Source: Eledone cirrhosa (lineage: Eukaryota). From it: 64,000 nucleotides of DNA. Of this stretch, positions 1 through 13,119 are shown in pieces. The stretch covers positions 160,146,001 to 160,210,000 of the forward strand of contig OZ024743.1 in assembly GCA_964016885.1 (NCBI GenBank), in the 5' to 3' direction. Every line of letters starts with the position of its first letter. The stretch's first letter is position 1. The position numbers and the translations under genes are program-made. Below the pieces are notes generated by a model. It was given only the letters and a program-made list of their open reading frames with translations, did no database searches and was not told the origin of the DNA.

Positions 1-1027
1 GATGCGAGATATGATACATTTGGAAAGTTCTAAAAGACAATAAATTTACTTTATATGATTTTTATTCAAAGTCTATGTTTTATTTTTTTGTTTATTTGAT
101 ATAATAAATACTTTTTAAGCTTATTTTTTTTTTATATCTGAACTTCATTTGAATATATAAAATTTAATTAGCGTAAAGAAATGTTTACTTATGTGATAGG
201 GTTCAGGAAAGACACCAAAAGTAATACTAAAATGCTCCAACAAATGTTGGTTTGTCCCCCTCACATGTTTAAGGCAAACGAGGCCCCTGGAAAAGAGCAA
301 CATTATTTACTGACCCGTTCATCACCGTGATCGGCTTGACCTCGATACTTCAGCTCATTCTTACTAACATTCGGTTTGCTTGACCCCATCTTATCTTCAT
401 TGCATTTCCACATCATTTATTCTATAACTAGGTTGTTGCTATTCCTATATAAACTGACTGTTTATACTACGATCAAGTCTTGTTATAGCCTTGGGTTTAA
501 GGAAGTGCTTTTGTAGTCTTCAACAGTCATCAATTATAATTGCAGCACCATTACAAGAATATCACAGTGATGCATTAAGTTAAGGGCGATAATTTGCGTA
601 ACTCTGACTAATAAGTAATGTCTTAACTTAGTATTATCGCGTCTTATCACTACGTGCTTAATTGATGAATTCCATTTCAAAATAGCACATTACTAGTCAT
701 TCTTGCATTAAGTTCTCTTGAACTCGTTGCCTCGTTGATCCTTTATTCAGTCTGCCACCTTAATTCCCTCAAGCTAAGTTATTACTATTCCTACATGAAA
801 GACTGGTTAATCGTCATATATAACTTGTCTCGACTTGGTTAATTAATGACAGTATTTGTCTTTTTCATTGCAGTTTTGTTTATTACAAAGTGTTATTCCA
901 GAACATTACTTGAAACTTTATCATACTGGAACAGGACTCATTATAGTAAGTTCCTTATACATAATTGTATAGGCTTATATAGGCAAATCTTTGCGTAACT
1001 TTACCAGACATATTCGCTAAACAGAAA

Positions 1028-2751
1028 ATGGCCTCAGCAATGAAGAAAAAATGCAGGCAGTACAGCGTTGATTACTTACGGTTCGGATTCATCCCATCGC
1101 CGTCGAACCACCTGTCACCCATGTGTTTAATTTGCAGGGAGTCCTTTTCGAATGAGGCGATGAAGCCATCGCGTTTGAGTAGACACCTGAAGGTGAGGCA
1201 CCCCGATAAGAGATATAAAGATTTAGCATACTTTCAGTCTCTTAGGGACCAATTCCAGAAAACAACACTAATTTATTCTGCCTTTTCAAAAGTTGAAGCT
1301 TCAAATGTTGATGGACTTGTCGCATCTTACAATATTGCCAACATAATCGCAAGCCCCTGTCATCTCAGAAGTTCTTTCAACAGTACTACGTCAGAACCCG
1401 TTAAAGACCTTGAAATGTATTCCGTTGAGTAACGACTCAATAAAGAGACGCATGGACGAAATGGCGGAAAATGTTGAACAACAATTATGCAACATCTTGA
1501 AATCGACACAATTTGCTTTGCAACTTGATGAAAGCACACTTTCCGGGAATCAGTCCTTACTACTGGGATACGTGCGATTTTTCCACCAAAACGAAATGCA
1601 CGAGGAGCTTCTCTTCACTCTAAATCTAGCCACAGATACTAAAGGTGCCACGATCTTTGAATCTGTCAAGGGATACCTCGAAGAAAACGAGATACCTCTT
1701 AACAATATTGTATCATATGCTACGGACGGCGCAAGAGCAATGGTCGGCCAATATAAGGGTTTCGTCTCTATTCTGAAGAGGGAAAATCCATCTGTATTTG
1801 CTGTTCATTGTGTCATTCATCGACAACACTTGGCTGCGAAGAAACTCAGCGAGCCGCTGAGCAAGTCTTTGCAGGTAGCCATTGATGTCATCAATTATAT
1901 CAAACGCCATGCCCTCAATGAACGAATTTTCCGGCAACTGTGCGGAGATAATGACGAAGAATTCGTCAAGTTGCTCCTTCAAACTGAAGTGAGGTGGCTT
2001 TCAAACGGCAAATGCCTTACTCGCTTCTTTGAACTGTTCGACTCTATCATTGAATTTCTTCGAGGACGCAACACAGAACTATATAAAAAAAAACCTCGAT
2101 GTGAGGCAAGACTGTGCCTACCTCGCCGAAATCTTTCACAAATGCAATAGTCTCTTATGGCTTTGCAGGGGGAGAAGATCAGCTTGTTTAAAGCAAGGAA
2201 TGCTGTGAAAATATTCCTGGCCAAATTGAAAGTCATCGAAAGGAATCTTTGTCGACGGGAATTCTATAATTTTCCTAGTGTCGCCAATGTTCAAAACATT
2301 GTGAGCGATGACGAACTCCAAATTTATACCGCGTACCTCCGTGCACTACAACATGAGAGAACGGTTTGTCGACCTTTTGCAGATGGACATCCCAATGTGG
2401 ATAACAGATCCCTTCATAGCCAACGTCGACAATTTCGACGTTAAATATCAGGAAGAATTAATTGAACTTCAGACAGATGACATTATCAAAATAGGTGAAC
2501 CCCTTTTTTGGATGCAAGAGGAAATTCAGCGTCGATTTCCACTATTACATGCAGAGGTTAAGAGATTTGCTTTGCCTTTTCCTAGCTCATACTTAGTCGA
2601 GAAGGGGTTTGGCGTTGTTTCCAGACTGCATAGTAAGGCTCGCAACCGCTACAATGTGATTGCACGTGGAGATCTCCGACTACAGCTCACAAAAATCCAG
2701 CCTGACGTCAAAGAGTTAGCTAAACTCCATGAAGCTCAAGAGTCCCATTGA
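1028..2751 (+). pseudogene. Disrupted hAT (Buster/Charlie-type) transposase
   Basis: Four overlapping ORF pieces: BED finger (CLIC..HLKVRH), FALQLDEST, ATDGA..M, HCVIHRQHL, EVRWLS and C-terminal LPFPSSYLVEKGF. Frameshifts near 1410 and 2350; frameshift/stop at about 2090-2150. Confidence 0.93.
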
Positions 2752-3346
2752 TACGAGGTCAAAGTAAGTCGATTTTTTATTTGTAGTTGCAGTCTGACTG
2801 GACTGGAAACCATCTACTACAATTCACTTACTCATCTGTTGTATAGATTTTACCGTTTACTAATGAATATACCCTCTTACGAGGTCATGAAAACCCTCTT
2901 GGGTGGTCACAAAGCGGAGGGACATCAAGTTAGATATCAACATTTATTCTGTCCGTTTCATTAAAGGGAAAATTGGAAAGCTTTGAAATAATACAATTGC
3001 CACTTCCAGATAAGAGCACTCTTTGGATAGACAGAGTTGCTCTTGTATAAATGTTCAAATAGCTGGTATCGTCTGGTGGGAATATAACAAATTCAACTGG
3101 TCCTAATTCATAAAAAAGAACATTTATGTTCCTTGTTTTGAAATTTATATACTTCCTTTCACGGAATTTATTTATACTTTCAACTGCCTGCAATGGTGTC
3201 TTTGGAATATCGTTAATAATTTGTTTAGTAATCTACTGATATCAAAATCAGTAGTATATTGAAAAATGGAAAAAAAGGGTAGGGGGGCGTTTCATGATTT
3301 CGAAGGGAAAAGGGGGCGTTTGGCCGAAAGGGGTTGAGAACCTTTG
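1028..3346 (+). mobile_element. hAT Buster/Charlie DNA transposon; 3' terminus visible, 5' terminus not located
   Basis: G-rich subterminal repeats, then GGGTTGAGAACCTTTG (3331-3346), a Charlie-like TIR, followed by GTCTA (Buster-type TA-centred target). Confidence 0.75.
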
Positions 3347-3351
3347 GTCTA

Positions 3352-3579
3352 CAGGAAGGTTATATCGCATTGTAACAGCTCGATCTTCCGTATCTTATCA
3401 GCACTCCATGATTTTAGGGGTTTATCGCTGACTGACTATCCGGATAAATCCCCGGAGTATATGTTTTGGAAACATTGTTACTTCGCCTAACGCTCGGAAA
3501 TGGAACCAATGGATATTCTCCGTGGGGTGCAGATAAGATACGGAGGAACGACCTGTTACACGGCGATATAACCTTCCTA
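3352..3579. mobile_element. MITE with ~60-bp imperfect TIRs and TA target duplication
   Basis: CAGGAAGGTTATATCGC..TCCGTATCTTATC mirrored by GATAAGATACGGA..GCGATATAACCTTCCT; TA on both sides. Confidence 0.85.
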
Positions 3580-4054
3580 TAGGCGATCATACATGTAAAG
3601 CTGCACCACCGCTAACCAACTATCCTTCTCACAGACTCTTGCTTGCAAGCTCTCTTAATCTGCCTGTACATCCTGTATTTACACTGCTTGTGCTTTGATG
3701 TATCTATGCTTTGCTTTGTTTCTTTTTGTTTTTCTTTTGTTTTTTTGTTTCTGTGTTTTTTATTGTTTTTTTTAATTGTTTTTGATCATGCTGAGTAACA
3801 CCTTCACTCATTCCTTGCTACCCTCTCCCAACCTCCTTATCATATATTGCACCATGTAAATGATAACATTATGATGTGATCTTTGAAGTAATTTTTTATG
3901 ACATTTTTTATGACATTTTATGACATTATATGCGTCATGTATTGTGTATTTTTCTATATAGTGCTGGCCTCGGGACACCCCTGCTGGTCCTTTAACCTTG
4001 TTCTGGTGGCGCAGCCTGATGGAGCATGCAACTATTGATATACTCTTGTTTATA

Positions 4055-4101
4055 GGCTCTGATGATTCCTGCCTTAGATTACGGATGAAACACTGTCAGC
4101 T
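4055..4101 (+). ncRNA. Type-I hammerhead ribozyme motif at a PLE-like 3' end abutting (TA)n
   Basis: ggct-CTGATGA-ttcc..ggat-GAAAC-act-GTC-agct, then AATAAA and (TA)n at 4146. Confidence 0.7.
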
Positions 4102-4143
4102 AATAAAGAATTTATTTCTAAGCACTCTTTGGTTATTCCTAAA

Positions 4144-4181
<38 letters not shown>

Positions 4182-4824
4182 TAAGAAAAATGATAATTAA
4201 AATGTATACGATGTCTATAACGTGTACAAAAATTAATGTTGTTTAGCAAAGCTCGCTTAACCCCTGTTGGATTAGAGTAGATGAATGATATACCCTTCAA
4301 GAGAAAATACCGCCTAAATCTAATCAACGATAATATTCAAAAACCAAAAAAGTAAAATTAATATTCAAGTCCGTTGGGAAAAATCCCTAAAAGCAACCTA
4401 TACAGGAATGTGGATACAAAACGCTGCCAAACTTCGTTGTTTTCCCATTGCCCCAATAAAGTTATGAAATCACAGAACAAAGTCGAATTAATAAAGAAAA
4501 AATCTTTCTCAGAAAATTAAAACCAAAACTAAACTCACTTGCAACATAAACAGTAAGGTAGAATTATGCCATTTGTCACAGATTATAATATTTTCTGCAT
4601 ACAAGCAACAACGAAAAATTAGTGTATCTTTTACTTTAGTAATGACAGAAGCGCCCTAAACCAATTTGATCGAGAATCAGCTTGCAGGAGTTTTGACAAG
4701 AAGAAAAAATAATTTAACCTAGTAAAATATCTTGTTTTGATAATCCAGCAAGAAAAAGCGAGCTTTGCTAAACAACGTTGAACAGGTTTTTAAACAGGTG
4801 TGTTTTTAAACACCTGTTCAAAAA

Positions 4825-4920
4825 TTCTTCTTCTTCTTCTTCTTCTTCTTCTTCTTCTTCTTCTTCTTCTTCTTCTTCTTCTTCTTCTTCTTCTTCTTCT
4901 TCTTCTTCTTCTTCTTCTTC
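4825..4920. repeat. (TTC)32 microsatellite; likely (GAA)n tail of a minus-strand RTE LINE
   Basis: Perfect trinucleotide run adjoining an RTE C-terminal fragment. Confidence 0.9.
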
Positions 4921-5335
4921 GCCCACTCGGATTGAAGGATTGAGTGGGCGAAGATCTTTCCACATGCCCATAGTATCGGAGCTGTCATCTCTCAATTCGG
5001 AGAAGTAGCGGCTCTACCTGGAGTGACTCTCTATAGTAACGTTACTCTAATGACCCTTAGGAGGAACCCAATTTATGCCGCCCTGTGGATAAGGAAGTCA
5101 GGAAGGTATGCAGATAAGATTGCATCCAAATTCAGAGAACTTGCTGAGCAAACTGAGGACAGTGAGACAGCGTGGAGATTGTTCAGAGCAGCAGTGTCTG
5201 ATTTAGCTGTTAAATGCTGAGAGTGAAGGAGGCTTGGTGGGGAGCCGGATGGCAAGAGGACGCCTTCGCTCAATCAAGAGCTCAAAGATGTCATCCGAGA
5301 AAAGAAAGAAGCTCACAAAACTTGGCTTGGAAATT
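4921..5335. mobile_element. Rearranged RTE-clade LINE fragments
   Basis: Minus strand 4955-5030 reads LQVEPLLLRIER*QLRYYGHV (RTE C-terminus). Plus strand 5100-5330 reads ETAWRLFRAAV..NQELKDVIREKKEAHKTWL (EN-RT linker). Confidence 0.7.
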
Positions 5336-5581
5336 GTTAAATTTTAAATTAGCAGAGCTGATTTTAGGCTATTACAGTAGCTATTTTGAACATTCTCGTT
5401 GACCTGTGCATTTGTCAGACAGTATTATTAATAATTTTACGTATTAATCAAAATGTTCATACACACACACACACACACAGATATACACTCGTGTGAGTAT
5501 ATTAAAATTATATCTATATATAATTTAAAATATATCTATAATGTATATATAGATGTATGTCTATATATATATATATATATG

Positions 5582-5626
<45 letters not shown>

Positions 5627-5769
5627 CTGTGTGTGTGAGTGTGTTTCTGTGTGTATGTATGTGCGTGTGTCTGTGTGTCCAAATGAAATATATTATTTTA
5701 CACGTAATTATAGCGTCTTTACAGAAAAACTAGGAAGACGAACGTCATGCCGTTGTTGCGGACTTTACT

Positions 5770-5847
5770 TTCGAATTTGTAATTCGACAGAAGTCGAATT
5801 CGATTCAACCTTCTTAGATCAATAAAATAAAGTACCAGTTAAGTACA
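5770..5847 (+). mobile_element. Degenerate fragment of the tRNA-SINE family
   Basis: GATCAATAAAATAAAGTACCAGT matches the core of the copy at 54354. Confidence 0.5.
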
Positions 5848-6637
5848 AGACAGATATATTCAATTGTTTCTATTCTCGAAATCTCTGCCTTTGTGCTCAT
5901 ATAAAAAGTATGCAAGATACGTAAAATGATTTTTTATTTTTTATTTTGCATAGTATGAATTCTTGGATTTATACTTCAAATGTGTCCTTGCATAAAAATT
6001 CACTTCCTTTCTCACATAAAAACATCTATACATGTGTATGTGTATCCATATATATATAGAGAGAAAAGGTGAGACAGAGCTATGCACTTAAATTTGTATG
6101 TATGTATGTATGTGTGGGTGTGTTTCTACCTACGCGTATATGTATGTGTATAAAAATCGATCTCAGTACATATGTGTTTTTGTCTATTCTGAATTTTCCA
6201 TACCTCAGCATACTTTATAAATCTTTGATACATGTATTTATGCATAATACAGTAAACATTAATTTCGAGCAAGTGGAAACTGTATTTTAGTGTTTGTCAT
6301 GTTATTTGATCAAACCAAATTGATTGAGTAGGCAGATTCTATAAAATAAATATTGAACAACTAGTATATCGAATTAATTTCTTTGCAGGGTTAAGTTCGC
6401 TTTATGTTTCGAATTATTGTTCGTCTTGTGTGAATTGGAAAACAAAGAGGAAACTTAATGTTTAGTCAAAATAAATCATGCGTATGTATATGTGTGGTGC
6501 TTTGTATAGGTGTGTTTACGGGTGGGATTTTGAATGTGGATGTATGTTTGAGTAGATTTTCACCACACCACTTCGATGCGATAGAGGCTAATTCTATATA
6601 CAAATATGTATCGGCACACACACACACACACACACAG

Positions 6638-6672
<35 letters not shown>

Positions 6673-7594
6673 GTATAAAAGAGAAAACACAGGTAAGCAT
6701 TAAGAGAAGGATTTTATTCAGGTATTTACGACCGTTTCATTGGTAAGTGCAACCTTATATTGCTATACTGCAAATAGCAGCCACTCAATGATAATTCTTG
6801 TTCACGTCCAAATTTTCAAAAGAGTGAGTAAGTTACTCTTGAAATAGTTCTTAATATATATAGAAAACATTGTTTTGGAATTGTATTTACTAGTATAGAG
6901 AGAGAGGAAGCGGAATTAGAAAGTGAGGGGACAACAAATTGGATAAGCAATTTTCTGCTTCCCTATATATATAAAGTTAAGCTTAAAAATGGAATGAGAA
7001 TAAGAAGAAAGCAAGAGCGTGTGGAGTGGGGGGGTGTCCTCATCAGTTGTCTACTGGGGATCTCGAATATTTCAACGCATTAAAGACAATATATCTACCC
7101 CCAGAGCGTTCAATAACCGAGTAAGTTATTGGGAAAACGGAGGAGGGAGAGAAGGAAAATAGAAAGGAAAAGGGGAAAAGGGAAGAAAAGGGAAACAGCG
7201 AAAAAAACAACAAACCGAAGTTTGTGCAGCAACTGAAGGCAAGAGAATACAAGACCACAGCGGTAACAGAACATAAGTTCAAGAGCGTGTGATCGAACGA
7301 AAAAAGACGCGACTGACCCCAGCGAGTGTAAGTGAGAAAAAGACTGCTAGAAGGTCAGGTGAGGGAAACATTGAGGTGGCAGGAAGAGAGAGGGGGAATG
7401 AAAGGGAGGGGGAGAAAGAGGGGGAAGAAAGAGGGGAGAGAGTAGATAGTAACGAAATAGGTAGGTAGAAGGAGAGAGAAGACGGGTCACAGTGAAACAT
7501 GATAAAATATATGGAGAATCGGATGGCTGTGTAGTTGCTAGTAAAGTTAAGCTTAAAAATGGAATGAGATTAAGAGGAATATATATATATATGC

Positions 7595-7996
7595 ATATGA
7601 GTGCTCTTCAAAAGCTGGTAATTTCGAAATTAGCTAAGAATTAAAATAAATATTATAGGTTAAAGGGAAGTAACTATCATTAAAGGCAGGGAATTTATGC
7701 TAACTTAGTAATTCAAAGAAATCAAATTCCTTGACATTCAAATTAACGAAGCGAAATTCATTCTGAGAAAATGATATGGAGCAGTCTAACTAATTTGAAT
7801 TTCATGAAATATATTTTCTTTGAAGTACTAACTAATTTGAATTTCAAGGAATTTAACTTCTTTGAATTACTAATTTAGCATAAATTCCCTGCAATCGGTA
7901 TTATTGTTACGATAGTTACCTCCATTTAACCTCTCTAAGGATTTTGTTTATTTATAGCTAATTTTGAAATTACCTCCCCTTGAAGAGCTCTCATAT
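7595..7996. mobile_element. Fold-back/MITE with ~150-bp imperfect TIRs
   Basis: ATATGAGTGCTCTTCAA..GCAGGGAATTTATGCTAA..GTAATTCAAAGAA mirrored by TTCTTTGAATTAC..TTAGCATAAATTCCCTGC..TTGAAGAGCTCTCATAT. Confidence 0.8.
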
Positions 7997-8054
7997 AATT
8001 TTTCCAAACAAAACTGCATTCAACCGTGGTAGAAGCAATCTTTCTTTATATAAA

Positions 8055-8100
8055 AGGCTGAATGAGTTGGGCTGTATAACCCAACGAAACTTAAGTACCT
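8055..8100 (+). ncRNA. Minimal type-I hammerhead with CUGAAUGA core
   Basis: agg-CTGAATGA-gttggg..cccaac-GAA-ACTTAAGT-A-cct; perfect 6-bp stem II and palindromic stem III. Confidence 0.75.
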
Positions 8101-8221
8101 GTATATATTACTGTTGTAACTAATTATACTTAACTCATCCTATGGACTGAGAGCTCTTACTCTAGTATAAGTTCTACCGAACTTATACGACTGTGTGTGT
8201 GATATATATATATATATATAT

Positions 8222-8387
8222 AACTTTGTGATAATTTTGTAATAATTTTATGATAATTTTGTAATAATTTTGCGATAATTTTATGATAATTTGATAATTT
8301 TGTAATGATTTTGTGGTAATTTTGTGATGATTTGATAATTTTGTAATGATTTTGTGGTAATTTTGTAATAATTTTGTAATAATTTTT
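8222..8387. repeat. Degenerate 12-bp tandem repeat (ATAATTTTGTRA-like)
   Basis: About 14 imperfect units visible. Confidence 0.85.
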
Positions 8388-9330
8388 AATCCTGTATCAA
8401 TAATTTTAGAATGTTTTTTTCGTGATAATACATGGTTAGATCACTGAAGCTACCTTATACCTTCTTAAAGATACATTTTATAATTATTGTCTTTTTGCTT
8501 ATGTATTTTCTTATTTACCACTTTCTTTAATCTTGCCCAACTTGATAAACTCCTTGAATTGCTCCCTAATTAAATTACTTAAATTGCTTAGATTATTGTA
8601 TCTATTATGCCTAAGTTGTATCTGTTGAAGCAGCCCTTTGAAAATTCCTCGGATATCCCAAATACCGTAATTTTTAATTTTTAACTTTTAATGTATAATT
8701 TTCCTCAATTCGTTTTTATATTTATCCTTAAAGGCTCTCTAAAATTTTAATTCTTCGAAGGGTCTCTCGGAAGAAGTTCCTATTGGAAATATTAAAGGGG
8801 CCTTTTCTGAGAGATTTATGGAAGGCTCTCTGAATTAACCTCTAATTGATTAGTTTCTTTCAACCTAGTTTTCAATTCAGTTTTCTGAATTTTGTTAACG
8901 TGATCTCGGGGGAAGAAGGTTTTTTTCTTTCGGAAAAAAATGTTTTTCTCTAGAAGAAATTTCATAGGAAATTTATATATTTTTTAGGGAAACTTTATAT
9001 TTTTATTTTATTATTTTATTAGCCTCTTAATTTCTTCTAGTCTAATAGGTTTATTGGAGCCTGTAAGCTTTATGCACTCATTGAGGGATTTTCTAAGGTG
9101 CTTCTACGGGACCCCAAGTCTTTTAGTTTAATGTTGATGCGTAAATTATATATATTTTTGTCTAATTTTTAAACTTCAATCCCTGACCCCGACAACTAAT
9201 ATAAAAGAGCCCCCCTTAGAATATTGACCCCAACTATACAAGCGGAGTTGCTGATGTATACAACAATTTCAAACTGCTAGCCTTGAGTGATACGTTGATG
9301 TAAACAATGATCTTGCAATCACATGTTATA

Positions 9331-9377
9331 TGCCTTGATAAGTCCCACCATGGGGTCGGACGAAACGGCTGTCGGCA
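9331..9377 (+). ncRNA. Hammerhead with UUGAUAA (U3:A8) core
   Basis: tgcc-TTGATAA-gtcc..ggac-GAA-ACGGCTGT-C-ggca, then AATAAA and (TA)n. Confidence 0.75.
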
Positions 9378-9420
9378 ATAAACTTGTTATAATGTCATAA
9401 TAGTTCCTTTGTTCTTTTTC

Positions 9421-9748
<328 letters not shown>

Positions 9749-12676
9749 CCACCGAATAACCCCCAGCTCGATGCCTTCGAACTCGACCTCATGAACATGA
9801 TAAGTGGAACCAAATTAAAAAAACGGACACATCCCAACAAACTGCAAAACGACATCAATGCACTACTAAAAAAACTACGTAGCACCAACAGTATTATAGT
9901 AAAAGCGGACAAAAAATCAAACGTATACACCATGAGCCTTAATACATACAATAACTTTATACGCCGTGAACTGCACAAAAAATACAAGAAAACTACAGAA
10001 TCTGCACTCACTAGCATTAATAAGGATGGACTTAGCATATTAAAAAAACTGAAAATATCTGATAAAACCGAGCCTCTAGCCCTTTGTAACCCCACATTTA
10101 ACCTAAAGGATCATAAAAATAATTCCGAAACAGACCCCACAATTAGATTAATATGCCCATCGAAGTCGGATATAGGTAGAATTAGCAAGTATATACTAGA
10201 TAGAGTAATAGCACAAATCTAGCACAAACTAGTAATTAAGCTATGGGATAACACTAACGAAGCAATAGACTGGTTAAGAAAAATGGACAGTAGGGAAACA
10301 TCCAACTTCGTAAAGTTTGACATTAATGACTACTACTCCTCCATCTCCCTAGTCACCCTAGATAAAGCGCTAGCCTTTGCTCAGAAAAACTCGGACCTAA
10401 CCTCTGATGAAATTAAAAGAATACTAGCTGCTAGTAGAACTATCATTAGATTCGAAAATAGTTACTGGGAACGAAAAAACAGACAGAATAGCTTCGATAT
10501 CAAAATGACTCAGCACAGGTAACAGACTTAGTGGGAATATATATAGTGCAAAACTTACATAAGGGAGGAATGCATAGAGACGACACACTTCATTTAGCCA
10601 AAAACTTAAATAATTAAAACATACAAATATTACGAAAAAACATGTCTTCTTCAACAAACTAGGCTTAGGTATCACTTTTGAACTTAACTCTAAAAAAGAA
10701 AACTTCTTAGATGTAACACTCAACCTAAACGCAGGATTAATAGAGCCCTTCAATAAAAATAACGAGAATTAAGCCTACATCAGTTATAACTCAAACCACC
10801 CTCGATCCATAATTAACTCCATAGCACATAGTATATCACTCAGAATATCCCGCCTATCTTCTAACGTAGAGATGTTTAACGAACACGGGAACTATTATAA
10901 CATAGCTTTACACAAGGAAAGACATACCAGATAGAGACAGCAGCAATGACAGCTGCACTACCCATATCTATAGAAATAACAAACATAGGACTAAACATAG
11001 AATTAGAAAACGAGCACCAAAAATAACTGAACCGAACAATAATATAAGGATCCCTAGGAATTATAGAAGATCCAGAGATAGGAAATGCTTATGGTTTAAT
11101 CCAATATTCAACTACTCTATAAAAACCAAACTACCTTCTATATTATTTAAGCTAATCGACCAACACTTCCCTAAACTACACAAATACCATATAATCTTTA
11201 ATAGAAAAACTATCAAACTATCTTACTCTACTGCAGCCAACATAGAATCACACATACATAAAATCAACCACAAAAATATCTCTAAAGAAAATAACCTACC
11301 AGCATACACCATAACACCAAATACAAAATGTAAACACATAACAACATCGCAACAACAAAAACATCAAGGCGCATCACAACAAAACATTAATAGGCCTAAA
11401 TCTCAACCCACCCATAACAACATACAAAACCGCAACGGAGAACCTGCACACAGAAATGCCTCCAACTGTAACTGCCACCTACTGGATAAGTTCCCACAAC
11501 AAAATAGATGCCTGGATTCAAGTATGGTGTACCTGTGTACTATTAATTCAAGTAACTTTACTTAGCACTACATAGGTTCCACGGCTGAGGAGTTCAAAAA
11601 AAGATGGTACGTTCAAAGACACTCCATAAAGAACCGTAGACTGGTGAACTCTACAACGCTCGCAAATAAAATATGGCAGCTTAAAAACGCAAACCAGGAA
11701 TATAGGATTAGCTGGTCAAAATTATCGGGAGCAAGGGCCTACAACAATGGAATGTCCCACTGTAGATTTTGCAATATGGAACTATTCCATATTTTGAGGT
11801 ACGATAAGATGCTGATTAACAGCAAAATAGAAAGATCAATTTTCTGTATTGCACAAAATAGCTACCAAGTTCACAAGTTTCAAACCACCGTGATTCGACG
11901 CAGCAATCCCAAAATTAGAACAGAACCTCCTGGATTTTAACCTACGGAATATATACCATCACACCGCTATTAGCTGTCAAGCAGCCGGCTGCTCACTAGA
12001 TCATAAATCTCTTAACATCTCTTTCACCCTCTCTCTCTCTCTCTGACCCCATTAGGACAAGACAATCAGCAAAACATTTACCACACACACTTGTCAAAAA
12101 CCCTCCTTCACCATCCACCCTTAGCCCTTGAGTCTCATACTAGTATCTCCCAATTAATCTCTAATTTATTGCTTTTTCTTTTATCTGTCACTACCTCAGA
12201 CTCTCTACATGTATCTATGTATGTTTCGAATATGGCTTTTCATGTTAGCACTACATTCACCACAGAATCCTTTTACGTACACTTACTAACCACAACCACT
12301 ATCATATTCTGTACTTATATGCTCTCACTTATCTTTATTTCTTTATATTTTCATTATTTTTCCATTCTCTTACTTTTTTATTGTATCTTTTTCCTTAGTT
12401 TGTACTTTCTACATCTGTAACATCTTTACCTATTTATCATATATTTCATTATTGCTGTTATTGTTTTGATTCTACACTATTTCTCTATATATATCATGGC
12501 ATGTATGAATTATTTCTGTATTCCGAGGATTTGATCAGAGGTAAATAATTTAATGGAGATCGAGTGACGCAACTTCGAGCGATTAGCGGCCTAGACTCAC
12601 CTCATCAATGAAACAATTGTTAATACCTGAAATAAAGACCCTCGTTGTACAGCCAACCATGTTACTCTTCAATCTT

Positions 12677-12680
<4 letters not shown>
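9749..12680 (+). mobile_element. 5'-truncated, decayed Penelope-like element (RT + C-terminal GIY-YIG) with HHR-bearing 3' end
   Basis: [75 protein letters not shown]; flanked by (TA)n. Confidence 0.92.
12518..12626 (+). ncRNA. Hammerhead-like motif with U4C core and ~80-nt stem II
   Basis: gtatt-CCGAGGA-tttgat..gaggt..acctc.atcaat-GAA-ACAATTGT-T-aatac. Confidence 0.65.
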
Positions 12681-12723
<43 letters not shown>

Positions 12724-12726
12724 AGC

Positions 12727-12998
12727 TGAAATCGAAATGGCAACTGGAGTCTTATTTTTTTTTTAAATATATATATTTATTTGGTTCCTTTACCGGTTTC
12801 GCAGTTCTTCTGCTTTTCGAAAGGTGAGTTGAGATGGAGGGTCTGTGGTAAAAAATAAAAAATAAAAATAAAAATAAAAAAAATAAAAAAAAATAAGACT
12901 CCAGTTGCATTTTCGATTTCATCTCTTTTTCTTTATACTTTCACTCGTGTAGGACACCTCGGTTATTTTTCATTTTGTAAAAAAAACCTCACTTTCTA
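12727..12998. mobile_element. Short fold-back of a PLE-type terminus
   Basis: GAAATCGAAATGCAACTGGAGTCTTATTTT mirrored at 12890-12921; HHR 3' half GAAACCGGTA on the minus strand at about 12791. Confidence 0.6.
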
Positions 12999-13119
12999 AT
13001 ATATATATATATATATATATTATTTATTTATTTATTTATACTCAGTGTTTGATTGTTTTTGTGTGAATGTGTATGCTTGTTTTTTGTGTATGTTTGAATG
13101 TATGTATTTATATTTTAAG

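Noticed and set aside
2930-3193. 87-aa minus-strand ORF inside the hAT 3' region
   Set aside because: No recognisable motif; cannot be distinguished from a chance ORF.
4768-5008. Poly-Glu and poly-Ser ORFs
   Set aside because: Products of the (TTC)n LINE tail.
6722-6795. GAAACGGTCGTA half-hammerhead on the minus strand
   Set aside because: The 5' core is missing; counted only as a relic.
9190-9252. Twister-like UAA..GCGGAG pattern
   Set aside because: P2/P4 and pseudoknot pairings cannot be formed.
9749-11940. Selenocysteine-recoding (Naiad-type) PLE
   Set aside because: Domain order is RT then EN, and the interruptions are TAG/TAA and frameshifts rather than TGA at Cys positions.
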